Under the pieces are notes generated by a model. It saw only the letters and a list, made by a program, of their open reading frames with translations, was not told the origin of the DNA and did not search any database. Source: Desulfatiglandales bacterium (lineage in GTDB: Bacteria; Desulfobacterota; DSM-4660; Desulfatiglandales; HGW-15). Taken from it: DNA of 64,000 nt. The position numbers and the translations under genes are program-made. Positions 51,628 to 62,532 of the stretch are shown in pieces (within the stretch, counting starts at the first letter, position 1; the number at the start of each line of letters is the position of its first letter). The stretch is from NCBI GenBank assembly GCA_963667015.2, contig CAXXJJ010000001.1, positions 480,001-544,000 on the forward strand, given 5' to 3'.

Positions 51628-53958
51628 GTGATGAAAATTAAAATATTACGAGTGCAACTTTTATCTTTTGTCATCCTCTCATTTATGCTGTTTGCCTGCG
51701 GGCCAAAATGGACCGAGACAGAGAAGGACGGGGTAAAGACAGTCCGCAACAAAGGAGGGCAGACCCTTGCCTATTCTCCATCCTCAGGAGTTACGATTTT
51801 AACTGTGGACGGATTCGGTTTCAAGGATCTAAACAGGAATGGAACCCTTGAGCCATATGAAGACTGGCGGTTATCTGCTGACAAAAGGGCAAAGGACCTT
51901 TCATCCCGAATGTCCTTTTACCAGATAGCAGGGTTAATGCTCTACAGCGGGCACCAGGCAATACCCGGAGGCGGGATATACCAGGGAGATACATACAGCG
52001 GAAAATCCTACAGTGAGAGCGGGGCTAAACCGTCCGATCTTTCGGACGGGCAGATTGATTTTCTCACAAACGATAACCTCCGGCATGTACTGATTACCAG
52101 CGTGGAAAGCCCGGAGGCGGCAGCAGGGTGGAATAACAATGCCCAGGCACTTGCAGAGAGCCTGGGCATTGGAATCCCCATAAATACAAGCAGTGATCCA
52201 AGGCATGAGGCTGCATCTGATGCGGAATACACACTCGGGGCAGGGGGCGAGATATCAAGGTGGCCAGGCTCCATAGGTCTTGCCGCCAGCTTTGATCCGC
52301 AACTGGTTAGAAGGTTCGGAGAGATCGCCTCTATTGAATATCGGGCACTGGGGCTTGCTACTGCTCTCTCTCCCCAGATAGATATAGCAACAGACCCGAG
52401 GTGGTATCGTTTCAAGGGCACATTCGGACCGAGCCCCAGACTTTCGACGGATATGGCAAGGGCCTATATTGACGGGTTTCAGACCTCAACCGGTACAAAG
52501 GTGATTTCAGATGGATGGGGCTATGAAAGTGTAAATGCCATGGCCAAGCACTGGCCCGGAGGCGGTGCCGGTGAAGGCGGACGTGATGCTCACTTCGGTT
52601 TTGGAAAATTTGCTGTTTATCCCGGAAACAATATACAGGAACATATTGATGTTTTTGTAAATGGCGCCTTTAAACTTGATGAAGGAACCAAAACAACTTC
52701 AGCTATTATGCCGTACTATACAATTTCATTTAACCAGAACCCTGAAGGTGAAAATGTTGGCAATGCCTTCAGCAAATATTTCATTACAGATCTTCTCCGG
52801 AATAAATACGGTTTTGATGGTGTTGTATGTACTGACTGGGGCGTTACAAAGGATGATGGGGGCATGGCGGTTTTTGGTCAGACCCCATGGGGGGTGGAAA
52901 ACCTGTCTGTCATGGAGAGGCATTACAGGGTTATCATGGCCGGAGGTGATCAGTTTGGCGGGAACAATGATTCCGGTCCGGTAATTGAGGCCTATGAGAA
53001 AGGCGTAAAGGAGCATGGCGAAGAATTTATGCGTGCCAGGTTTGAAAAATCGGCCGTAAGATTATTAAGAAATATCTTCAGGACAGGGCTTTTTGAAAAC
53101 CCCTATCTTAATGTTGATGAAACAAAAAACACGGTAGGAAAGCCTGAATTTATGAAAGAAGGTTATGAGGCCCAGGTCAGGTCTGTTGTTATGCTGAAGA
53201 ATGTCAATAACACCCTGCCTGTTGATAAAGAAAAGACAGTTTATATACCGAAAAGATATGTCCCATCGTCAACAGATTTCTGGGGACAGAAAAGTCCTGA
53301 AAAGTGGGAATATCCGATAAACCCTGAAATCGCAGAAAGATATTTTAATGTTACTGATGATCCGGATGCAGCGGATATGGCCATTGTCATGATCAACAGT
53401 CCGGATAATGGCGCAGCGCAGGGATACAGCAAAGAGGATGCAGAGAAGGGCGGTAATGGATTTGTTCCCATAAGCCTGCAGTATGGCGAGTATAGTGCAG
53501 CAGAGGCCAGGGACCCGAGTATTGCCGGTGATAAAAGGGATTCCGATGTGCTCAACAGAACATATAAAGGAAAGGCGGTTATTGCCAATAACAGCAGTGA
53601 CCTTAAACTGGTAATGGACACAAAGGCAGCCATGGGGGATAAGCCTGTTGTAGTTATAATAAAGATGTCAAATCCGACAATAGTTAAGGAGTTTGAAAGG
53701 GATATTGATGCCCTGCTGATCAATTTTGATGTCCAGGACCAGGCTGTTCTTGAAATCATATCAGGCAGGGCCGAGCCGTCAGGTCTTTTGCCTCTTCAGA
53801 TGCCCTTTGATATGAATACAGTTGAAACACAGATGGAGGATGTGCCTCTTGATATGAAGGTTCATGTTGACAGTGAAGGCAATGCCTATGATTTTTGTTT
53901 CGGCTTGAACTGGCAGGGCGTTATTACGGATGAGAGGACTGGAAAATACTGTTTATAA
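51628..53958 (+). CDS. Glycoside hydrolase family 3 (beta-glucosidase-like) lipoprotein
   Basis: SSDPRH, KHWPG, FDGVVCTDW, PSGLLP. Confidence 0.92.
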   Translation: MMKIKILRVQLLSFVILSFMLFACGPKWTETEKDGVKTVRNKGGQTLAYSPSSGVTILTVDGFGFKDLNRNGTLEPYEDWRLSADKRAKDLSSRMSFYQIAGLMLYSGHQAIPGGGIYQGDTYSGKSYSESGAKPSDLSDGQIDFLTNDNLRHVLITSVESPEAAAGWNNNAQALAESLGIGIPINTSSDPRHEAASDAEYTLGAGGEISRWPGSIGLAASFDPQLVRRFGEIASIEYRALGLATALSPQIDIATDPRWYRFKGTFGPSPRLSTDMARAYIDGFQTSTGTKVISDGWGYESVNAMAKHWPGGGAGEGGRDAHFGFGKFAVYPGNNIQEHIDVFVNGAFKLDEGTKTTSAIMPYYTISFNQNPEGENVGNAFSKYFITDLLRNKYGFDGVVCTDWGVTKDDGGMAVFGQTPWGVENLSVMERHYRVIMAGGDQFGGNNDSGPVIEAYEKGVKEHGEEFMRARFEKSAVRLLRNIFRTGLFENPYLNVDETKNTVGKPEFMKEGYEAQVRSVVMLKNVNNTLPVDKEKTVYIPKRYVPSSTDFWGQKSPEKWEYPINPEIAERYFNVTDDPDAADMAIVMINSPDNGAAQGYSKEDAEKGGNGFVPISLQYGEYSAAEARDPSIAGDKRDSDVLNRTYKGKAVIANNSSDLKLVMDTKAAMGDKPVVVIIKMSNPTIVKEFERDIDALLINFDVQDQAVLEIISGRAEPSGLLPLQMPFDMNTVETQMEDVPLDMKVHVDSEGNAYDFCFGLNWQGVITDERTGKYCL

Positions 53959-54170
53959 AAATAAATAAAAAATTAAAATTTCTGCTGAGGGCAATGCCTG
54001 TCTGTAGCCATACAGATACTCACAATATTTCCTGCTTATAGGCTGATTGATCATTTTAAAGACCTTTAGCCTGCGCCAGGTATTTTATTGTCCCTAAATT
54101 CTATTTTGTTCTAGCCTAAAATAAATAGGCATGTTAAAAATAATCAACTTGTTTAATTGGTTTTATTATT

Positions 54171-54956
54171 GTGAGGTATGGCATAATCATGGCAGAATCA
54201 GAAATTGTTGAAATTGAAAAGAAAAGGAAACGCACATTTGCCTACTTTTGTATAGCGATCTGCATTCCAATTGTAACTATCTTTACAATAGTTGATATCA
54301 TTGAAAATCAGTTCCTGGAAATACTGTCCAATGTGCTTATGTTCGTGGTTCTGATTGCCGGATTTATCGGGATAAAAAAATTTAATTTGGATCTTCTTAT
54401 CTACCGGCTGGTACTTTCCCTGATGTCCATAATTTTTCTATATAATATTGTAATAGGTTCCGGGGAAGGAACGGCAGTTTTCTGGATTTTCCCCTTTCCG
54501 CTGGTTTATATGTATCTCCTGGGAAAAAGGGAGGGAAGTGTATACAATACGGTTTTCTTCTGTATCCTGCTGTTTTTACTGCTAAATCCATTTTCATTGA
54601 GTATCTATAAATATGAGATCGGTATCAGTCTGCGGTTTTTACTTTCATTAGCACTGGTTACCTTTATGACCTTTGGCCTGGAGGCTTCCAGAGAAAGGTA
54701 TGGAAATCTACTGACCAGAAAAAATATTATTTTGAATAAGGAAAAGCAGAACCTGGAGAAGGCGATGAGAGAAATTAAATCCCTGTCCGGGTTGATACCC
54801 ATCTGCTGCAGCTGTAAAAATGTCAGGAATGATGAAGGCTACTGGGAACAGGTTGAAACCTATGTAAAAAACCGGTCTTCAGCAGAGTTCAGTCATGGTA
54901 TTTGCCCTGAGTGCTACAAAAAACTTTATCCTGAGTTAACCTATCCGGGGAGATAA
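54171..54956 (+). CDS. Multi-TM protein with a C-terminal Cys-rich domain
   Basis: PICCSCKNVRNDEGYWEQVE...SHGICPEC. Confidence 0.85.
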   Translation: MRYGIIMAESEIVEIEKKRKRTFAYFCIAICIPIVTIFTIVDIIENQFLEILSNVLMFVVLIAGFIGIKKFNLDLLIYRLVLSLMSIIFLYNIVIGSGEGTAVFWIFPFPLVYMYLLGKREGSVYNTVFFCILLFLLLNPFSLSIYKYEIGISLRFLLSLALVTFMTFGLEASRERYGNLLTRKNIILNKEKQNLEKAMREIKSLSGLIPICCSCKNVRNDEGYWEQVETYVKNRSSAEFSHGICPECYKKLYPELTYPGR

Positions 54957-55057
54957 TTATTCTGATTTTCTTAAAAACCTTTTACGGCCAGTTGCAGGGG
55001 CAAGGCGTCATCCGACATTAAGCTCGTCGAAAGGCGCCGTGCCCTTTTTGTGTTTGG

Positions 55058-56353
55058 TTAGTAAGAAGAGAAATCCCCCGGGTGCAGGTCTTTCCATCTG
55101 CGCTGGAAAACACCAGGTTTAAAGGTGAATTTTTCAAGTGTTTTTTCTGCGTTTTTATAGTTCAATACATTTTCACAGGGAATAACTGGTTTTGCAGGTT
55201 CCAGTTTCTGAAACATTTCCCGGACCTCTGCAGGCGGTATCTCTATCTCCCGGATTTTTCCCTGGGGTTTGATGCTTATGCCGGTCGGCTGAAAAAGATT
55301 TATGTAACTGCCCAGATCTTCATCGTATATATCTATAAATATCCCTGTAAAACTTGCAAAGCCATATGGCATAAAGGCTTCACTCCGGACGCTGTCTGTC
55401 AGTTTGTTGTACTCGATGTTGGTATTTGTTACTGCGCATTTCAGCTGATAGGGGGCAAGTTTTGATGCCAGGATCCACTTCATATATGGCAGCAGCCTGT
55501 CTACCGGTGATCCATCTCCGCCCAGTTCGGCCTGGCTGTCGAATATATCAAAATATTCGGCTGTAAGTTCAGTTCCTATGGGTGTCATGTCCGGGGAGCG
55601 GAACCTGTCTGCCTTTTCAGGATGGATGTATGAAAGAAATTCCTCGCTCAGCCTGAAGAGTGTCCTGCCTGCGACCTTGTGTGTATAGGGCTTGCTTATG
55701 TCGTATTCAACAAGGCTTGTTGTCAGGAGTTCAATATTCACGAGCAGTTTGATGCGGTGGCTTGACCAGCCTGGCTGGAGATATTCATTTGGAATAGAAA
55801 TAAAAACACTGTCTTCGCCCTCTACCGAGAATATAAGGATATTTTCACGTGCATCATCATATGTCTGTTTAAAGGGGGCAATAAAGGACATCAGATATCC
55901 GCAGTCAGAAGAATGCTCTGTTTTATGAAGGGGCCTGCGCACATTTCCGAACCTCCCTCCTTCCGGACCCGGGATGTAGCCTACGTGAGATCCGCCGAAA
56001 TCAAGATTGATTGCGGCATGATGAACCGCGGCACCAAGAGAACCCTCGTTATACATGCCGCCGATCTTGCCCTTGTCAAAGGGGTACTGTCCCGTAAAGG
56101 CATAGAGACAAAGATCAACACCAAAGAGAGATTCATCCGAACACTTCCATTTGCAGGGAAGTGATGCTGCACGATCATATTTAAATCCCATTTTACTTAC
56201 CATGTCGCTTTCAAGAAAGCTCATGGCTCGGGCAACAAAATCCTGAAAAAGAAAGGGAGGCTCTTTAAACAGGATAACACATTCCTGTGCAGCGGGATGA
56301 AATGCTCCGGGATCAAGGTAAGGGGGAAGCCAGCTTCGGTTACTCGGGGTCAT
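55058..56353 (-). CDS. Hypothetical protein
   Basis: 431-aa ORF with GGAGG RBS; CSDE, SHVG and CG motifs. Confidence 0.8.
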   Translation of the reverse strand: MTPSNRSWLPPYLDPGAFHPAAQECVILFKEPPFLFQDFVARAMSFLESDMVSKMGFKYDRAASLPCKWKCSDESLFGVDLCLYAFTGQYPFDKGKIGGMYNEGSLGAAVHHAAINLDFGGSHVGYIPGPEGGRFGNVRRPLHKTEHSSDCGYLMSFIAPFKQTYDDARENILIFSVEGEDSVFISIPNEYLQPGWSSHRIKLLVNIELLTTSLVEYDISKPYTHKVAGRTLFRLSEEFLSYIHPEKADRFRSPDMTPIGTELTAEYFDIFDSQAELGGDGSPVDRLLPYMKWILASKLAPYQLKCAVTNTNIEYNKLTDSVRSEAFMPYGFASFTGIFIDIYDEDLGSYINLFQPTGISIKPQGKIREIEIPPAEVREMFQKLEPAKPVIPCENVLNYKNAEKTLEKFTFKPGVFQRRWKDLHPGDFSSY

Positions 56354-56565
56354 TTTCTCCTCCTGTATTCAAATATAGATTTGGAATAGGATTACTTTTT
56401 GTTCAAAACACGATACCGGGAGAAGAGTATATTGAGAAATTACCTCTGGATCAATAAAAATATATATGCCTGATATAAGATTGATCCGGCTCTCCCGGTT
56501 AATCGGGGGCAGGGCATTCTTCGTGTGCCATCCTGCCTATCTCCTTTATCGCGTCCCTGAGATCA

Positions 56566-57261
56566 TCAATATCCTTTTCCGATGGGTCCATACGCTGATT
56601 TTGTCGACGGCGTAAATGGTTTAATAGTCTTCCTGTATTCAATGATATCCTGAATGGTTACCATCGGGATTTGGTATTTTTCCGAGAAAGCCTCAAGCTC
56701 CGGAAACCTTGCCATTGTGCCGTCCGGATTTGTTATTTCACATAATACTCCGCATGGCTTAAGACCCGCCATCTCCATGAGATCCACTGTTGCCTCAGTG
56801 TGCCCGGCTCTTTCCAGAACACCGCCTTTACGCGCCTTAAGTGGAAATACATGGCCCGGGCTGTGAATATCTCCAGGTACGGCATTATCTGCTATTGCCT
56901 TTTTTACTGTCGTGACGCGGTCGGCTGCGGATACGCCGGTTGTTACTCCTTCTGCCGCCTCAATGGATATTGTAAATGCAGTTTTGTATACGCTTTTATT
57001 GTGTTCAACCATCATGGGAAGATTCAATTTATCAACGATCTGCGCCTGTAAACAGAGACAGACTATACCGCTGCATTCACGGATAAGCATGGCCATCTGC
57101 TCATTTGTCAATGACTCAGCAGAAAATATAAGGTCTCCCTCATTTTCCCGGTCCTCATCATCCGTGACAATCACCCCGTTTCCGCTCTTTAGTGAGTTGA
57201 GACACCGCTCTACTTTTGACTGAAAATGTTCTCCTGTTAAAATTGTTTTACTCTGATTCAT
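56566..57261 (-). CDS. ribB: 3,4-dihydroxy-2-butanone 4-phosphate synthase
   Basis: [33 protein letters not shown]. Confidence 0.96.
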   Translation of the reverse strand: MNQSKTILTGEHFQSKVERCLNSLKSGNGVIVTDDEDRENEGDLIFSAESLTNEQMAMLIRECSGIVCLCLQAQIVDKLNLPMMVEHNKSVYKTAFTISIEAAEGVTTGVSAADRVTTVKKAIADNAVPGDIHSPGHVFPLKARKGGVLERAGHTEATVDLMEMAGLKPCGVLCEITNPDGTMARFPELEAFSEKYQIPMVTIQDIIEYRKTIKPFTPSTKSAYGPIGKGY

Positions 57262-57379
57262 GACTTTCTCCTTGAAAAATAAAGTTTGTTGAATCAGGGC
57301 ATAGGAAATACGAAAAGCATCAGGCAGGCAGAGCTATAGATCCCATAGAAATAAAGGATCTGCTCTGTGCATATCGGCT

Positions 57380-57522
57380 CATCCTCTTCCATCCGGACTG
57401 TAACCGTCGGCCCTGGCATCGCACCAGATCTGCTGACCTTCCATTTATATGAAAGCGCTCGCGGGCTCCCCGTGGAATTACGGGATACCGCCGGTGGGGA
57501 ATTTCACCCCGCCCTGAGAATT
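57380..57522 (-). promoter_or_regulatory. FMN riboswitch (RFN element)
   Basis: CAGGGCGGGGTGAAATTCCCCACCGGCGGT...AGCCCGCGAGCG...CCGACGGTTACAGTCCGGATGGAAGAG upstream of ribB. Confidence 0.96.
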
Positions 57523-57645
57523 AGGGAAGTTTTATAATGTGATTGGAGAAATGTCAACCCTGCTCCCGGTTTTCGCCCCCATTGCTAAAACATGTCTCTT
57601 ATGTTAAATTCTGCAACATTATTAATATTTTACTGAAAAACTTCT

Positions 57646-59019
57646 ATGGCCCCTGAAATAAGCAAAGAAAACATAACAGGCCGCATTATCGTTGTGGATG
57701 ATGAAAACATTGTGCTTAAAAACCTGAGAAGGATACTTGAAAAGTCAGGACACACTGTTTCCACATGTATAAATCCTGTGAAGGCTCTGGAACAAATAGG
57801 GAGTGAGTCATATGATATTGTAATAAGCGATATTAAAATGCCGTATATGGATGGGCTTAGCTTTCTCAACCGCGTTAAATCCATTGCCCCGGAAATTGAA
57901 GTCATTCTGATTACAGGTTATGCATCACTCGACGGGGCAATTGAAGCCACAAAATACGGTGCATACCACTATCTGTCAAAACCCTTCACTCCTGACGAAA
58001 TTCGTAACAGGGTAGAAAATGCCCTTAAAGAAAAAAAATTAAGGGAAGAAGGCCGAAATTCCAAAAAGAGTGCAGCTAACCCCGGACAGCCTGTGATAAT
58101 AGGAAAGAGTCCTGCGATTCAGCGTATCAAGGAAATAATCTACCAGATAGCGCCGACTGACTGCAATGTCCTTATTTCAGGAGAATCAGGTACGGGAAAA
58201 GAGCTTGCAGCAAGGCTGATTCATACATGCAGTAACAGAGGCAAATCACCGTTTATTGCCTTTAACTGTGCGGCCTTTAATGAAGAGCTTATTGATAATG
58301 AACTCTTTGGTCATGAAAAGGATGCCTTCACCGGGGCAACGGCGCAAAAGGCAGGTCTGCTTGAAACAGCCAATGGCGGCACGGTATTTCTGGATGAAAT
58401 AGGAGACATGCCTCTTTCCATGCAGATAAAACTCCTGCGTGTTATCCAGGAGAGAGAAATTATGCGGGTTGGAGGTACAACGCAAATACCTATTGATGTC
58501 AGGATAATTGCTGCAACAGCAAAAGATCTCAAGGCTGCAGCCGATGCAGGTGATTTCCGGTCCGACCTTTTTTTCCGCCTTAATGTCGTAAATATTATAC
58601 TGCCGGGGTTGGCCGAACACAGGGAAGATATACCTCTTCTGTCTTATCATATGCTTGAAAAATGCCTGAAAAAGACAAAGAAAAAGATCAGGGCAATATC
58701 TGAAGAGGCAATGGACCTGATAAAAAATTATACCTTCCCCGGCAACATAAGAGAGCTTGAAAATATAATTGAACATGCAGTGGCCATGTGCAGGACGGAT
58801 ATCATACATGTGCATGACCTTCCATTTGATCTCTCCCAGTTTAAGTTCTATTCCTACCAGAAATCTCCTGATGCCCTCCTTAATCTGGAAGAACTTGAAC
58901 ATGAATATATATCTCATATCCTCCAGATAACAGGAGGGGCCAAGAAAGCCACGGCAGAAATCCTCGGGATAGACCGTGCCTCACTCTGGCGTAAAATAAA
59001 AAAATATGGTCTTGAGTAG
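57646..59019 (+). CDS. Sigma54-dependent response regulator
   Basis: REC, GESGTGKE, DAFTGA, HTH. Confidence 0.95.
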   Translation: MAPEISKENITGRIIVVDDENIVLKNLRRILEKSGHTVSTCINPVKALEQIGSESYDIVISDIKMPYMDGLSFLNRVKSIAPEIEVILITGYASLDGAIEATKYGAYHYLSKPFTPDEIRNRVENALKEKKLREEGRNSKKSAANPGQPVIIGKSPAIQRIKEIIYQIAPTDCNVLISGESGTGKELAARLIHTCSNRGKSPFIAFNCAAFNEELIDNELFGHEKDAFTGATAQKAGLLETANGGTVFLDEIGDMPLSMQIKLLRVIQEREIMRVGGTTQIPIDVRIIAATAKDLKAAADAGDFRSDLFFRLNVVNIILPGLAEHREDIPLLSYHMLEKCLKKTKKKIRAISEEAMDLIKNYTFPGNIRELENIIEHAVAMCRTDIIHVHDLPFDLSQFKFYSYQKSPDALLNLEELEHEYISHILQITGGAKKATAEILGIDRASLWRKIKKYGLE

Positions 59020-59211
59020 ATCAGAATAATCAGTGATTTTTTGCAACATGATCGTTCGTTTTTGCAACATTTTAAACTTTATGCATTCGTGCTGTCTCTA
59101 AGGCGGTCCCAGCCTTATTGTGTTTCATAATGCAACAATCAAGTCCTCCACAGATATCCGATAAAATCAAATTATTCCAGTAATATCAGGCAGAAATCAA
59201 TTGAGCTTGCC

Positions 59212-59227
59212 TGGCACGAAAGATGCT
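59212..59227 (+). promoter_or_regulatory. Sigma54 promoter with upstream TGCAACA-containing UAS boxes
   Basis: TGGCAC-GAAAG-ATGCT; boxes at 59042, 59063 and 59121-59137. Confidence 0.65.
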
Positions 59228-59306
59228 CTGTCAATTTCATCAAATCAGCATATTCTATAAAAAACTCTATTTTATCCGACAAAAGGCACGGACAGGGACA
59301 CCGGCA

Positions 59307-59762
59307 ATGTTTAAAAATATACTCGTAATATTTGAAAATGAAAGAGTATGCGATCATGCAGTAAAATACTCATGTGAACTGGCCCATCGCATGGATTCGG
59401 ATGTCACATTCCTTATGCTGATGGAGATGTCATTTCCAGGTCGCCTGTCAATTGATTCAAAAAGAAAAGCCATTAAAAAAATAGAGACGCGGATCAGTAA
59501 AATTCTTGGCGAAATGTCCTCAGATCTGTTGAAGCAGGGGATACCTGTCAGTGTCGCAATAAGGGTGGGTGATGCATCTGTCGAACTCCTGAAATTTCTT
59601 GCAGAGAGAGATTCCTTTCAAACTGTTATCTGGGGAAGCGATGAGAAACTGCCTTATGCAAGTCATGGGCGTAAAACGCACTGGATGGCAAAGATCGCTG
59701 ATATCCTGGAGTGCCCTTTAATTGCTGCCGGCAGTCAAAGTACAGAAGATAAAGGCGGATGA
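59307..59762 (+). CDS. Universal stress protein family
   Basis: MFKNILV...GDASVELL...LECPLI. Confidence 0.8.
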   Translation: MFKNILVIFENERVCDHAVKYSCELAHRMDSDVTFLMLMEMSFPGRLSIDSKRKAIKKIETRISKILGEMSSDLLKQGIPVSVAIRVGDASVELLKFLAERDSFQTVIWGSDEKLPYASHGRKTHWMAKIADILECPLIAAGSQSTEDKGG

Positions 59763-59858
59763 TTGAGATTTGTATTGAAAATATTACAGGTATAAAGCCC
59801 CGGTATTTTATCCCTGTTGAGAGTCAGAGACAACCTGAACTGAAAAGGAAAGATATTA

Positions 59859-61673
59859 ATGAATAGCCTAACACCTGAAATGATTCTTGTAATATCAATG
59901 ATTGCTGTTGCTGTATTCCTGTTTATCACTGAATGGATAAGGCTTGATGTAGTTGCGATCCTGATGATGGTTACACTCCCCCTGCTGCATCTGGTAACTC
60001 CTGCAGAGGCTATTGGCGGTTTAAGCAGTAACGCGGTGGTATCTATCATAGCGGTTATAATAATCGGAGCAGGTCTTGATAAGACAGGCCTTATAAACAA
60101 GCTTGTAAAACCCATCCTTAAAATCGCAGGTAAAAGTCAGTCTAACATTATTATCGCTATATCGATGGCTATTGCGGTTATTTCAAGCTTCATGCAGAAT
60201 ATAGGTGCAGCCGCTCTTTTTCTTCCTGCAATCCAGCGTATAAGTAAATCATTCAACATACCCATAAGCAGACTTTTGATGCCGATAGGTTTCAGCGCTA
60301 TACTTGGGGGAACCATAACCCTTGTCGGATCAAGCCCGCTTATCCTTCTAAACGATCTGATAATTCCATTTAACCTGAAACCCTTCTCTTTATTTGATGT
60401 AACTCCGGTTGGGCTTTCTCTTGTGGTATGCGGAATAATTTATTTTATTATTTTCGGCAGATTTGTTCTTCCCCAGGGTTCAAAAAATATCCAGGAGGAG
60501 ATTAATTCTACAGCACAAATATCTGACAGTCCCATTGATGAGATAGGCACCCCCTACGAACTCAGGACCCCTGAAAACTTTACCGATTACCGTGAACCGG
60601 TAAGGGTGGATGACCTCAGGAAAAACTACCTGGTAAATGTTGTGGCCATTACTGAACCGCCTGACATCAAGGTTAAATCACCATCGGGCGACACAATTAT
60701 CCGGTCAAAGGTAGATCTGGTAGTTTTCGGTAAGAAAAAGGATGTTGAGAGGATGGCAAAGGTGGAGGACATGATCCTCAAGGAAAACCTGCAGACCTTT
60801 GTAAATGATATTGATTCACAGAACAGCGGGACAGTTGAGGCGGTTGTTGCACCAAGATCTTCATTTGCAGGTAAAAATATAAACAGGGTCAACCTCCAGG
60901 AGAAATATTCGGTAACGCCCATGGCAATATACCGGCAGGGTGAAATATATCGATCTCATATTGATGAACTTCCTCTCCAGGTCGGAGATTCAATTTTGAT
61001 ACACGGAACATGGACAAAACTGAAAATGCTTCATGATGAAGGCGATCTGCTTTTTACGACTCCTGTGGATGTTGAACTGATGAGGCCTGAAAAGGCTGCC
61101 CTGGCCGGAATATGGCTGGCGATATCGCTTACAATGATACTCGTCTTTAAAATTCAGCTTTCCATATGTCTTTTGACAGGGGCTGTAGGCATGGTCATTA
61201 CCAAGGTGCTTAACATTGATGAGGCATATGATTCGGTTGACTGGCGGACAGTTTTCCTGCTTGCCGGGCTCATTCCCTTGGGCGCGGCAACCGAAAAGAC
61301 AGGTACTGCAGCATGGATAGCAAAGACAGTATTATCTGCCACCGGAGAGGTAGAGCCTATAGTACTCATGAGCATTATTGCTGTCCTTTCCACTGTCTTT
61401 ACACTTGTTATTTCAAATGTGGGTGCAACAGTGCTTCTTGTGCCCCTTGTAGTAAACATGGCATCAGAGGTTGGCGCTGATCCGCGTATGGCAGCGCTTA
61501 TAGTCGGTATTGCCACCAGTAACTCCTTCCTGCTTCCGACGCACCAGGTTAACGCCCTTTACATGGGGCCGGGCAGGTATCGGAGTGTGGATTTCATGAA
61601 GGCCGGCGGTATCATGAGCGTACTTTTCATTCTGGTAATGATAGGGTCCATTTATGTCTTTTACGGTTTTTAA
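59859..61673 (+). CDS. SLC13/CitMHS-type transporter with TrkA-C domains
   Basis: SSFMQNIG, GGTITLVGSSPL, LLPTHQVN; central soluble domains. Confidence 0.9.
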   Translation: MNSLTPEMILVISMIAVAVFLFITEWIRLDVVAILMMVTLPLLHLVTPAEAIGGLSSNAVVSIIAVIIIGAGLDKTGLINKLVKPILKIAGKSQSNIIIAISMAIAVISSFMQNIGAAALFLPAIQRISKSFNIPISRLLMPIGFSAILGGTITLVGSSPLILLNDLIIPFNLKPFSLFDVTPVGLSLVVCGIIYFIIFGRFVLPQGSKNIQEEINSTAQISDSPIDEIGTPYELRTPENFTDYREPVRVDDLRKNYLVNVVAITEPPDIKVKSPSGDTIIRSKVDLVVFGKKKDVERMAKVEDMILKENLQTFVNDIDSQNSGTVEAVVAPRSSFAGKNINRVNLQEKYSVTPMAIYRQGEIYRSHIDELPLQVGDSILIHGTWTKLKMLHDEGDLLFTTPVDVELMRPEKAALAGIWLAISLTMILVFKIQLSICLLTGAVGMVITKVLNIDEAYDSVDWRTVFLLAGLIPLGAATEKTGTAAWIAKTVLSATGEVEPIVLMSIIAVLSTVFTLVISNVGATVLLVPLVVNMASEVGADPRMAALIVGIATSNSFLLPTHQVNALYMGPGRYRSVDFMKAGGIMSVLFILVMIGSIYVFYGF

Positions 61674-61697
61674 AATAAAAAATAACAGGGAGCAAAA

Positions 61698-62510
61698 ATG
61701 TCAATAATTACAATATCACGCGGTTCCTACAGTATGGGCAAGGAAGTAGCCGAAAAGGTAGCTGAAAAACTCGGGTACCAGTGCCTGAGCCGGGAGGTAA
61801 TCCTGGATGCAAGCGACCTTTACCAGATTCCTGAGATAAAACTGGTTAAGGCAATACATGATTCCCCAGGTATACTGGATCGTATCGGGGGAAGCAAAAA
61901 GGCCTATGTTGCATATTATCAGAGTGCCCTGGCGGGCAGGATCAAAAATGATAATGTTGTATATCATGGCCTTGCAGGGCATGTCCTGTTAAAGGGAATA
62001 CCTCATGTACTCAAGGTAAGAATTATCGCGGATCTTGAAGACCGTGTTGCCATAGAGATGAAAAGAGAAAATGTCACCAGGCAGGAGGCTCTGGATATAA
62101 TAAAGAAGGATGACGAGGAACGCCGGAAATGGACCCAGAGCCTTTATGGAGTCGATCCCTGGGACAGCCATCTTTATGACCTTGTTGTGCATATTCATAA
62201 ATTCACGGTGGACGATGCAGTAAATTTAATCTGTGAGGCAGCAAATCTCAATCAGTTCAAGGCAACAAATGAGAGTCAGAAAAAGATGAATGATCTGGCA
62301 CTTGCAAGCAGGGTCAAGGCATTTCTCATAGAAAAACATTTTGATGTATCGGTGTTAAGCGAATCCGGAAACATCGTTATATATGCAAAGGGAGATGACC
62401 GCCTAACCGGTAAAATTGATGAGGCACTTAAAAAGCTGTCTGAAACGGTTGAGGGGATAAATAATATTGAAATTCACCAGAATATTTCGCCCCATGAAAA
62501 GGCAATATAA
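61698..62510 (+). CDS. Cytidylate kinase-like family protein
   Basis: IITISRGSYSMGKEVA, LKVRIIA, YDLV. Confidence 0.88.
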   Translation: MSIITISRGSYSMGKEVAEKVAEKLGYQCLSREVILDASDLYQIPEIKLVKAIHDSPGILDRIGGSKKAYVAYYQSALAGRIKNDNVVYHGLAGHVLLKGIPHVLKVRIIADLEDRVAIEMKRENVTRQEALDIIKKDDEERRKWTQSLYGVDPWDSHLYDLVVHIHKFTVDDAVNLICEAANLNQFKATNESQKKMNDLALASRVKAFLIEKHFDVSVLSESGNIVIYAKGDDRLTGKIDEALKKLSETVEGINNIEIHQNISPHEKAI

Positions 62511-62532
62511 TTTTATTGTGAAAGGATAATCC

